From: Gemmatimonadota bacterium
Lineage (GTDB): Bacteria; Gemmatimonadota; Gemmatimonadetes; Gemmatimonadales; GWC2-71-9
Direction: 5' to 3'
Assembly (NCBI GenBank): GCA_036679605.1
Contig: JAZDCZ010000160.1
Span: 1 to 34,204, forward strand
Length of the DNA: 34,204 bases
In this document: piece after piece, positions 23,466 through 31,807 of the stretch
Numbering within the stretch: the stretch's first letter is position 1
How the letters are laid out: each line of letters opens with the position of its first letter
Position numbers and translations under genes: made by a program
Notes under the pieces: generated by a model
What the model saw: the letters and a program-made list of their open reading frames with translations, nothing else
What the model was told of the DNA's origin: nothing
The model's database searches: none

Positions 23466-26243
23466 TCATTCTTGCCCCTTTGTCGATAAAGCCAGGCTCG
23501 GCTGTGCCGCGGCTTCCGACACGGAATCGGCAGCGCCTGGCACCCCGAGCAGCTCCAGCACATTCACTTTAGTGTTGGTCGCCACAGCCCTCTCATAGGC
23601 TTCGAGAACGGTCAGAATATCCTTCTCCGTGGCCGGGGCTTTACGGCCCTTGAGGTAGGCGCGCGAGATATAAAAATAGGCGTCTTTAGGAGGAAACTGC
23701 GGATGAATGATGCCGCGCTGGCTTTCCTCCATCAGCGTCCGAAACTCATCGCCCTGGACGTAATCGACGATCCGGAAGATCTCTTCATCGCTGAGAACCG
23801 AACCCATGTCATCCTGGTGACCGAGTCCCCATTCGGGCATCAAACGACTCGAACGACCGAACTTGGGGATCTCGAACATGCTGTCTCGGTCGCGCTCGAA
23901 GGCATCGGCGTGCCAAGACAGGCCGGTAATCCCCTCTCCGGTCCAGCCATGGCAGAGAACGCAGTTAGCCTCGCTCTCGATCAACTGCCGTCCGCTGAGC
24001 TGTCGGTTAGGCTGATCGTACGGCGCGCTCGCCGGAAGGGGGTAAGTCATGCCATCGAAACGCTTCATCGGGCTACGCTCGATGAGGTCGTCGCCTTCGA
24101 CTGTGACGGCCAGGACCGGCGGGCTAAGACTGCCTGGCTGATAACTATACTGGACGTTTCCACCCCAGCGAGACGGGTCGTGCCATTCGCCCTTTAGCTT
24201 CTTGCCCGACGGCGAACTTTCACCGGCGAGCAGAACCGCTACCTGACCGGCCAGAACCGGCGCGATGCCGTGGCGCCCCGGGCCCTTGCCGAAGAACGGA
24301 ATGCCATCGTTATCGAAATCGGCATCTCGTACACCGTAAAAAAGCTCGCCTGTACGGTTGCCCTCGGACTGCTGCAGGCCGCTGGTGTTGACCGTCTGCA
24401 CCCACCAGCGGGGATACCACTCCAGCAACGGCTCAACCAGATGAACTGGGGTAGTAAACATGAGTTCGCGGATGGCGCCGATCTGAATGCCTAGGTCGTA
24501 TGGCGTGAGCGTGACAAAATCGCTGTCGAGCACCGTACGGAACAACCCCGAGGGCTCGTCGTAGTAATTCCGCGCCAACAGATTCCAGGTCTTACGAGCG
24601 GCGCGAACGTAACGCTCCTCGGCTGTAGCATGGTAAGCGGCTAGCAGGCCACGGATTGCGGCAAACTGGCTGCGCGCGACCGTGGCTTTGCCTGTGCCTT
24701 TGTGGCTGACCACCTCATACCCTTCGTTAAACGAACCGTCGTCGGCCTGAACCTCCAAGAGAAAGTCGCCCTGCCGGATCAGCATCTCCATCGCTCGTTG
24801 AGTGAGTTCGGGATCGATCCCCTCATCTTCGTCCGCACCCAGCGCCTCCACGGCGTTGTACTCATGGTAGCGATCGACGTACTCGCGCAAGGCAAGAATG
24901 GCCATCGCTAAATCCTTGACCGAGACTGTCGTGCCGCTGCGTCCTTTTGGCGACCACTCCGAGACCAGTAGGCCGCCGTTGTCGAGGTGCATTGCCGCCA
25001 AGTTCCTGACGAGCATGTTGGATAAGCCTCGCGCCACTTGCCCCATGGTTTTCTCCACCAGACCTCCATCGACGGGAGGATTGGCGGTGAAGACCTCTGG
25101 CAGGCGATAGACCTGGTGAAAGTACTCGGTGGTGGCCCATAACAACGACGCCTGGTCCCACAGCAAGCTACGGCTGTCCTTGACATCGAAGTCCCAGGGG
25201 CGCTCCGGCAAGTCACCGAGCATGACAAGGTTGGGATGAATAAGGTGGGGAAAATAACGTAGCCCGTTGTCAGGCCGATAGAGCATCGGATTGACACCAC
25301 CCAATCTGCCACTCTCATCAGCAACAAGCTGAGCCTTCAGGGCAAGAAGCTGGTTGGTATTCATCCACGTAAGCGCGGCCCCACGCAATCCTTCCTCGGC
25401 GTCGTTGCCGAGTAGCGTGATCTTCTCGCCGGTACCCGAGGGAGAGTCCTCGATGTGGTTGGCTTTGAACATGTAAGCGATCCACACACTGCGACGCTTG
25501 CTGGTCTGGCCGATGGCCCCCAGATCAAGGGAGACGTCCATGCTGTCGTGGTCCCAGCGAAAAGGCCGCGCATCGTACCAGTAACGTGGCACGCCCCAGC
25601 CGCCACGCTTGTCGCTCTGTGGGTCGTCGAAGTCGTCGGCGGCGGTCACTTCACCGGTAAAGAACGGCATGCCCGAGGCGTACTCCAAATAGGACGGCTG
25701 TACGTCGTCGAAGACACGGGGAATCCCTACTCGTTTGTAGAGAAGCGGCAGGTAGAAACCCATCAGAACATCCTTATTAGACAGCGGCCGCTCTCCACGG
25801 TCGCGTTGAAGGCGGTTCTTGCGCGAGAGTTCCTGGGCTTTCAACGTCCAGTAGGGGCCGTGAATCATCGAGATTCCACAGTGTGATAGGACCGCGCCAA
25901 ATCCCATGCTCCAGCGCGCGTACCAGTAAGCTTCTTGGTGGTTCACCCAAGCAAAAGCCCGCTTTCGCCTGAGTGGAAACACCGCTCGCACCATGTCGGT
26001 AAAGCCGGTCTGCGCGATGAAAAACATCTCGTTGGCCGCGTACTGAGCGTCGCCCGTGTAAAAGCGCCGGTCGCGCACCTGGGCCTTCAAGGGCGAACGG
26101 TAACTCGATAGGTCCGGCTGGGCAGTGCCTTCTTTGAGCTCCAGGACACGCCCATCGGGTGTATTCATGAGAAGGTGAGCGAAAGCGGAGGACGGTCCCA
26201 GGACCATTACAACCGTCAGAGCAAGTGTCGTGATCCGAGTCAT
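23466..26243 (-). CDS. Large exported protein: uncharacterised N-terminal region, alpha/alpha-toroid (six-hairpin glycosidase-like) region, C-terminal monoheme cytochrome c
   Basis: ATG 26243 after AGGAG; signal peptide ending AFA; helical-hairpin signatures (FLLEVQADDGSF, AAIRGLLAAYHATAEERYVRAARKTWNLL..YYDEPSGLF); DFDNDG Ca-loop-like motif; CVLCHG..LMPEWG..LSDEEIFRIVDYV. Confidence 0.8.
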   Translation of the reverse strand: MTRITTLALTVVMVLGPSSAFAHLLMNTPDGRVLELKEGTAQPDLSSYRSPLKAQVRDRRFYTGDAQYAANEMFFIAQTGFTDMVRAVFPLRRKRAFAWVNHQEAYWYARWSMGFGAVLSHCGISMIHGPYWTLKAQELSRKNRLQRDRGERPLSNKDVLMGFYLPLLYKRVGIPRVFDDVQPSYLEYASGMPFFTGEVTAADDFDDPQSDKRGGWGVPRYWYDARPFRWDHDSMDVSLDLGAIGQTSKRRSVWIAYMFKANHIEDSPSGTGEKITLLGNDAEEGLRGAALTWMNTNQLLALKAQLVADESGRLGGVNPMLYRPDNGLRYFPHLIHPNLVMLGDLPERPWDFDVKDSRSLLWDQASLLWATTEYFHQVYRLPEVFTANPPVDGGLVEKTMGQVARGLSNMLVRNLAAMHLDNGGLLVSEWSPKGRSGTTVSVKDLAMAILALREYVDRYHEYNAVEALGADEDEGIDPELTQRAMEMLIRQGDFLLEVQADDGSFNEGYEVVSHKGTGKATVARSQFAAIRGLLAAYHATAEERYVRAARKTWNLLARNYYDEPSGLFRTVLDSDFVTLTPYDLGIQIGAIRELMFTTPVHLVEPLLEWYPRWWVQTVNTSGLQQSEGNRTGELFYGVRDADFDNDGIPFFGKGPGRHGIAPVLAGQVAVLLAGESSPSGKKLKGEWHDPSRWGGNVQYSYQPGSLSPPVLAVTVEGDDLIERSPMKRFDGMTYPLPASAPYDQPNRQLSGRQLIESEANCVLCHGWTGEGITGLSWHADAFERDRDSMFEIPKFGRSSRLMPEWGLGHQDDMGSVLSDEEIFRIVDYVQGDEFRTLMEESQRGIIHPQFPPKDAYFYISRAYLKGRKAPATEKDILTVLEAYERAVATNTKVNVLELLGVPGAADSVSEAAAQPSLALSTKGQE

Positions 26244-26253
26244 TGAAATTCTC

Positions 26254-28080
26254 CTATTCCACAAACAGGCCAAAGCCTTGGGCGTTGTGAAGATGTGGAT
26301 GGAAGTCGTAAGGTCGCATTCCGGGAAGCATGATAGGAATCTGCTGGCCGAGCAGCATCGACTGAGCCAGCGGGTTCAGATTGCCCTGGCCGTCGCTGTG
26401 GTAGCCGACGATCACCATAATCATATCGCTCGGCAGCAAAACGGGGTGCGAGCCGCCGCTCATATCGAGGGTCCCGGCAAGAGGAGAGCCGTCGGTGAGC
26501 AGAGACACGGGAAGGGTCGTCGTTAGGCTGCCCGAGCCGGCGGCGTCGGCGACGATGTAGTTTGGCAGACCGCCTAGCGGAGCCATAGCAGCCGGCATCC
26601 CAGTCGACCCGTCCATCACCATGTACCAGACGGTGTGTAGACCCTCGGCGAGCAGGCCCGAAGCGCTCACCGTCACCCGCGCCGTGTCGGTACCGTCGTA
26701 CTCAATACGCACGCTCCCGCTCGAGGCAAGGACGTCGCCAAGGGTGACATCGGGTACCCGTGATGCCAGAGCAAACGGAATCTGCGCCGGCCCGAACACC
26801 GTCGAACCGGGAGGCGAGTTGAGCGCTGCGCCCATCTGGTTCAGCAACGGCGTGCCATTAGGCGCCCCCGACGTGTTGGTGCCATCCGCGGTACCGACTT
26901 GCACAACACTTCCCCCTTGGTCGAACCACAGGTCGTGCAGAGGATGCAGGTCCAGGGCCACGGTTTGAACGGTGCCAGCCGAGGGCAAGCCGACCAGGTG
27001 CGCCAACGGCGTGCCGTTGCGCAGGTAGCGGTGCAGGGTGACTCCCGGCATTCCCGGAACGAACACCAGATTCTCGGCGGTAACACTCGGAGAGTTCCCC
27101 GCCGGGGTCAGCGGTAACATCGAGCCAAGCGCCGGATCTTCGGCTGGAAAGGGGCACTTGGCCAGGTCGAAGATCGGCACACCACCCGCACCGAAGCCGA
27201 GGAAGTGGTCGGGAATCCCCATCATAAAGTCCATGCCCTCCACCGAGCCGTTGGCATTGGTCTGCTGGGTACTGTGAAGACCTATGACGAAAGTAAAGCG
27301 ATCGGTCGCAAGCAAGGTGTCGTGCGGCATCGTCCCTGGCATCCCCAGCGTGCTCAGATTGGCGAAGGTGCCGTAGGTCGCCGGGTCGGCCGGATCGGTG
27401 GTCGAGGAGATCGCGCTACCGACGGTGAAGAGGCTCATCGGCACACGCCGACTGAAAACGGCCTCGCCACGCTCGTCGGTAACGAAACCGTTCGGTAGCC
27501 CACCGAAAGCAGTGAACGCAAAGCGCTGGTCCGGCGCCGTGACAGGGCTCCGACCGGTCTGGTAGGCAAGCCAGACCGTGTAGTAGCCGTTAGCGATGAG
27601 CCCGGTCAAGGAGAACTGGACGTTTGTCATGCCGCCGGCATCAGCCGGTGAGATGTCAATGTCGGCCCGCTTGAGTCCGCTGGTCCAGCCCGCGTAATCC
27701 ACTGTTGCCAAACGGTTGAGAACCTTAATAGGGGGCAGCAGTTCCATTCCTCCTCCCGGCAGGAGCAGCGGCATGGAGATAAGTACAGCTCGGTTGAGAG
27801 GCACCCCGTTCGGCGTCAATAAAGGAGTGGCCGGAGGCGGCGGCAAGGACCCGGGCGCTTCGCTCTCTGGCCCGATCGAGACGGGGCAACTGAGGGAATT
27901 CCCATCGTGGTCGAAGTACACGGTCTGGATCGGAACCGTGTCTGCAAACGTTGCCACGCCCCCGGTTGCCGTCGTTCCCAGGGAATCACCTATGTTTATT
28001 CCGCCGTTGCCGCAGGCTGTATAAAGAAGGGACAAGGCGAGAATCAGAAGACCACCAGATCTGAACCCGGACGTTTCCAT
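26254..28080 (-). CDS. Hypothetical lipoprotein with two internal paralogous domains (608 aa)
   Basis: ATG 28080 overlaps the upstream TAA; lipobox-like LLYTAC-G; repeated GL..G.(Y/H)TVW...GGLPN...D..G...(I/V)G(L/Y)HS...PGM....H. Confidence 0.8.
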   Translation of the reverse strand: METSGFRSGGLLILALSLLYTACGNGGINIGDSLGTTATGGVATFADTVPIQTVYFDHDGNSLSCPVSIGPESEAPGSLPPPPATPLLTPNGVPLNRAVLISMPLLLPGGGMELLPPIKVLNRLATVDYAGWTSGLKRADIDISPADAGGMTNVQFSLTGLIANGYYTVWLAYQTGRSPVTAPDQRFAFTAFGGLPNGFVTDERGEAVFSRRVPMSLFTVGSAISSTTDPADPATYGTFANLSTLGMPGTMPHDTLLATDRFTFVIGLHSTQQTNANGSVEGMDFMMGIPDHFLGFGAGGVPIFDLAKCPFPAEDPALGSMLPLTPAGNSPSVTAENLVFVPGMPGVTLHRYLRNGTPLAHLVGLPSAGTVQTVALDLHPLHDLWFDQGGSVVQVGTADGTNTSGAPNGTPLLNQMGAALNSPPGSTVFGPAQIPFALASRVPDVTLGDVLASSGSVRIEYDGTDTARVTVSASGLLAEGLHTVWYMVMDGSTGMPAAMAPLGGLPNYIVADAAGSGSLTTTLPVSLLTDGSPLAGTLDMSGGSHPVLLPSDMIMVIVGYHSDGQGNLNPLAQSMLLGQQIPIMLPGMRPYDFHPHLHNAQGFGLFVE

Positions 28081-29528
28081 TAGAACAACACCCCCAAACT
28101 CAACCGAAACACATGCGAAGGCGCAGGCCCGAGGGTCGGCTCGACCACCCGTGTAAGCACGGTCGCAACCAAGCGAATCTGCGGGTCCGGAGAGAAGATC
28201 AGGCTGGTCGCGATATTGCCCCACTCTCCCTTGGTAAACGACGGACGACTTACTTCCTTGAAGGTTACGTGGGTAGCGCCACTGCTGACGTTGTTGCCCG
28301 CGGAGTCGGTGAAAAAGGGAGTAATAAAGGTACCGTCGTAATGGTCGGCGAATTGATAAAAGCCCAGGTAGCCGACTTCGGCGGCCAGATAGTCCTTCCA
28401 GATCGGAGCGACAAACGTCAACTGATGAGTGTTGATGTCTCCACGGTCGATGCCGTCCTCTTTGAGGCGAAAGCGGTGCAAAACGCCTGCGTGGAGCGCA
28501 GCGCGATCGAAGAGGGGAAGATCGCCCGGCAGAAATTGGCGCGTCAGAAAGCCGCCCAAGACGAAGGAAAAATCACCATCGCCGGGCTGTAGCACCGAGG
28601 GAAGGCGACCGTCGTCGCTAAAGCGATCGAAAACCCCGCCGTTGAAGGGAAACGGCCCCACCTTCAGGGGCAGACCCTGGAGCATCGGGATCGGCAGAGG
28701 GATGCCCACGGGTGGAGCGGAACCGTCGGGAGGGGTCGGCCTTTGCACTGACACGCGCCCGTCATCTGCGCCGAACTTCTCGTCGTTCGCGCCGGTCGGG
28801 AAGAAGGCCCCTGCCGCAACGGCTAGCCCTACAGGGAAGTTAGCTTGGTCTATGAGCTTTTTCTTGATGATCAGACTGACGTCGCCTAGCTCCTCAGTCG
28901 AACCGAGGTTCATGACATCAATCAGGCCGATACCGTTGGGATGGATCGCGCCACTAACGCGCGAGGAGAGATACGGGATGTTCAGAAACGCGGTGAAGCT
29001 GTGCAGATACTTCCGCTGGAAGTCGAAGCCGTAAAAAATGCTGAGGTCGGTAAACTGTCGTTCGACACGGGAGTCGCCAAATACACCGCGGTTTTGTTTG
29101 CCGTCACTAAAAAAATCGTCCCCGTCGATATCGGCAAACCGAGTGGAAAGCGCGACCTCGAAGGTGTTCGGTGGCAACACGAAGGCGTGAAGCGGCGTGA
29201 AACCACGCAGCAAAGGGGGGATAAACGTGCGAATCTGGTCCTTGATCAGGCTTCGCTCGAAATCGGTGAAGCGCTTCTCGACGCCGAGTTCCAGCAAGGA
29301 GTCGGCCGCCTTGGTAGAACCTGAGGCAGGCTCCGCTTCTTCCCCCGCACGGGCAAGCCCCGGGTCGAGAGCCAACGCCCAAACAAGGGCCAAACACTGA
29401 GCAGCAACAATAAAAAGTGGCTTAATAAGAAGCGGCTTGCCTCGGTTCGAGGCCAGGTTAGGTCCCCCCGCCGGTTCATCATGCCCTTGATCTGGTCGAT
29501 TCCGTCGATCTAGTCCCCTCTTTTTCAT
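28080..29528 (-). CDS. Putative outer-membrane beta-barrel (MetA-pathway/COG4313 transporter-like)
   Basis: ATG 29528 after AGGGGA, downstream of the sigma54 promoter; hydrophobic signal ending ARA; LNIPY, LGDVSL..K, AAGAFFPTG, LQPGDG motifs; amphipathic strands; C-terminal FRLSLGVLF. Confidence 0.75.
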   Translation of the reverse strand: MKKRGLDRRNRPDQGHDEPAGGPNLASNRGKPLLIKPLFIVAAQCLALVWALALDPGLARAGEEAEPASGSTKAADSLLELGVEKRFTDFERSLIKDQIRTFIPPLLRGFTPLHAFVLPPNTFEVALSTRFADIDGDDFFSDGKQNRGVFGDSRVERQFTDLSIFYGFDFQRKYLHSFTAFLNIPYLSSRVSGAIHPNGIGLIDVMNLGSTEELGDVSLIIKKKLIDQANFPVGLAVAAGAFFPTGANDEKFGADDGRVSVQRPTPPDGSAPPVGIPLPIPMLQGLPLKVGPFPFNGGVFDRFSDDGRLPSVLQPGDGDFSFVLGGFLTRQFLPGDLPLFDRAALHAGVLHRFRLKEDGIDRGDINTHQLTFVAPIWKDYLAAEVGYLGFYQFADHYDGTFITPFFTDSAGNNVSSGATHVTFKEVSRPSFTKGEWGNIATSLIFSPDPQIRLVATVLTRVVEPTLGPAPSHVFRLSLGVLF

Positions 29529-29671
29529 GTCCCCTGTCCTTAGTTCCTGTCGAACAGTCGCTTGCCGCCCTACTGCAGCGTTGGTTGCCCGCACGACCCG
29601 GCAGCAATCTCGACGGATTTCTTCGAGCAGCCCGCCTTGGGCTGCCGCCCCACGTTGTTCCTCATGCCTTC

Positions 29672-29687
29672 GCAATCCGCATGCCAA
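29672..29687 (-). promoter_or_regulatory. Sigma54 (-24/-12) promoter of the 15-gene operon
   Basis: Minus strand TTGGCATGCGGATTGC matches TGGCAC-N5-TTGC with exact GG-N10-GC spacing, about 145 bp upstream of the first ATG and next to an NtrC-type activator gene. Confidence 0.8.
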
Positions 29688-29760
29688 ATGCGGAGTCACT
29701 GTCGGGCGCGTCGTACCTATCGCGCCCAGCTTTCAGGGGCCGCAATTGCCAGTTGGGGCT

Positions 29761-29785
29761 TACGTATGTTAGGTTTCTTTACGTA
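29761..29785. promoter_or_regulatory. Candidate upstream activator sequence for the sigma54 activator
   Basis: AT-rich TACGTA-TGTTAGGTTTCTT-TACGTA with an imperfect dyad, 75-100 bp upstream of the -24 element. Confidence 0.45.
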
Positions 29786-29869
29786 CTGCGTGGCTCTCCC
29801 GATAGCGGCCGCTCGCGGCAAACCACGGGTTCCGGGAGAGCCGACGGCGATTGAACACCGGCCCGCCAG

Positions 29870-31807
29870 TTGCTTATGAGTTCCATCATAATGAAAGCCC
29901 GAAAACACTGGAGGAGCAGCCTACGGAGTCAGGTACTAGGGGGGACCATCCTGGGGCTCGTCGTGTTCACCGCCGGCTCGGCTGGGATGTACTATCTGCT
30001 GGACCGAGAGGCGCAAGAGTTCAGCAGCGTCCTGGATCTCTACTTTCCCCTCCAAGAGAAAGTCGGGAGCATTCGTCTGTTGCTCGAGCGCCAGCGGTCT
30101 TTCGTCCAAGTGTTTGCCACCCAGCCCGATCCACGAAAGGTGGATCAGTTCCAGTCCCTGGGTGAGAGCATAAAAGGAGAGTTCGCGGCCGGCATCAGGA
30201 TCTTCGATGCCATGGAACCGAATGCGAGCACGCCAACAGACCTACAAGAGCTGCGCCTAGGATTCGATCGAGTGCGCGACGGGTGCCGGGCCTGTTATCG
30301 GCTCCAGCACGACATCATCGGCCACCTCTTGGCCAACGAGCCGGCACAGGCGAAGCGCTCGATGGCCGAACTGGACGGCCACGCGCAGCGCCTTCAGACC
30401 CTCATGGCCAACTTCGACGCGAACCTGGTCCAACACAGACACGCGGCGGTCGCCAGGACGGCGACCGCGCGTTCGTCGCTGCATCAGTTGTTCCTCGCGT
30501 TGGCGGCCGCGGCCACCCTGCTTGGAATAGCAGCCAACATCTATTTCTATCGAGCGATGCGGCCGCTACAGGCCCTGGTGGCAGCAGTGCGGCGAATCGC
30601 CGGAGGTGACTATGAAGTGTGCATCGCCGAGCGCGGAAACGACGAACTAGCCGCGCTTGCGGGTGAGTTCAACCACATGGCAGCCGCCCTGTCCGAGCAA
30701 ACTCGCGCTATCGAAGAGAGCCATGAGGTCATCCGTGGCACGTTTGACGGGATAAGCGACGTGCTTATGATTCACGACCTCAGTGGGCGACTTCTCCATG
30801 CCAACCCGGCGGCTCGCACTCTCTTGGAGACGAAGGGGCCCGAAACATCAGGCTGTTTCCGGCACGTCCTTCGCCTGGAAGGTTTCTGTCCTGCGTGTCC
30901 ACGCGACTTAGATGGTCAAGGCGCTAGCGCAAGTCTTCAGATAGTTCGCGATGACCAGACCGACCGGTGGTACGAGGTCTCATGCCAACCGGTGCGAACG
31001 AGCACCGGCACGGTACGTTTCGTGGTCGAGTTCGTCCGAGACGTCACCGAAAAGCTCCAAATCGAGCGACAGCTCCGCCAAAGTGAGAAGCTCACGGCCA
31101 TCGGTGAGCTGGCACTCGGTGTCGCTCACGAGGTCCGCAATCCCCTCTCTACCATCCAGATGACCCTGCACGCAATCTCCAAGACCGAGGATCTGCGTCC
31201 TACCGAAACGGAGCGTCTGAACTTGTCGCTGCGCGAGGTGGCCAGGCTCGACAGGCTCGTCGCCTCTCTACTCGATTACGGTCGCGTCTCCCCTCCCCGA
31301 GTCGTGACCTCCACGGTCGAGGACCTCGTCAAGCGCAGCCTACAGATCGTCCAACCCGAGTCCGCCCGGCGCCGCGTACGCATGAACATCATGGAAGAAG
31401 AATTCAGCTTACCCGATCTCCACGTCGATCCCGACCAAGTATGTCAGATCCTCGTCAACCTCCTGATCAATGCAATCCAGGCATCTACCGAAGGCAACGC
31501 CATCGAAATCGGTGCCGGTTTCAACGATCGCTGGGGCGTGAGCGGAGCGATATACATCCGCATCACCGATTTCGGACCGGGTATCACGAAGCGGGATCTG
31601 GCACAGGTATTCGCTCCTTTTTTCACCACCCGCCGACACGGAACCGGCCTGGGATTGTCAATTGCCCGGAAGATCGCCGAGACACACGGCGGTGAGCTGA
31701 CTATCACGAGCACGCTGGACCGCGGCACTACGGTGCGGCTCGTGCTTCCCACTCAACCATCCGCACGCAAAATCCCGGCCGAGGCAGAGGAATATGTCGC
31801 CATCTGA
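29870..31807 (+). CDS. Sensor histidine kinase (periplasmic helical sensor, HAMP, PAS, HisKA, HATPase_c)
   Basis: Two TMs; HAMP (PLQAL..RIAGGDY..DELAALAGEFNHM); PAS; H-box AHEVRNPL; NLLINAIQA, DFGPGI, PFFTT, GTGLGL. Start may be ATG 29876 or 29891. Confidence 0.93.
   Translation: MLMSSIIMKARKHWRSSLRSQVLGGTILGLVVFTAGSAGMYYLLDREAQEFSSVLDLYFPLQEKVGSIRLLLERQRSFVQVFATQPDPRKVDQFQSLGESIKGEFAAGIRIFDAMEPNASTPTDLQELRLGFDRVRDGCRACYRLQHDIIGHLLANEPAQAKRSMAELDGHAQRLQTLMANFDANLVQHRHAAVARTATARSSLHQLFLALAAAATLLGIAANIYFYRAMRPLQALVAAVRRIAGGDYEVCIAERGNDELAALAGEFNHMAAALSEQTRAIEESHEVIRGTFDGISDVLMIHDLSGRLLHANPAARTLLETKGPETSGCFRHVLRLEGFCPACPRDLDGQGASASLQIVRDDQTDRWYEVSCQPVRTSTGTVRFVVEFVRDVTEKLQIERQLRQSEKLTAIGELALGVAHEVRNPLSTIQMTLHAISKTEDLRPTETERLNLSLREVARLDRLVASLLDYGRVSPPRVVTSTVEDLVKRSLQIVQPESARRRVRMNIMEEEFSLPDLHVDPDQVCQILVNLLINAIQASTEGNAIEIGAGFNDRWGVSGAIYIRITDFGPGITKRDLAQVFAPFFTTRRHGTGLGLSIARKIAETHGGELTITSTLDRGTTVRLVLPTQPSARKIPAEAEEYVAI

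Noticed and set aside
23466..29528. MtrAB-type porin-multiheme extracellular electron conduit
   Set aside because: The barrel looks MetA/COG4313-like and no protein has more than two CxxCH motifs, so a classical multiheme wire is not supported.
10744..29699. Extended N-termini in the ORF track (starts 11979, 14260, 16800, 26273, 28224, 29699)
   Set aside because: They overlap upstream genes or the sigma54 promoter; downstream ATGs have an RBS or stop-start overlap followed by signal peptides or TM helices. The MSCCCC start at 16800 is an artefact of this.
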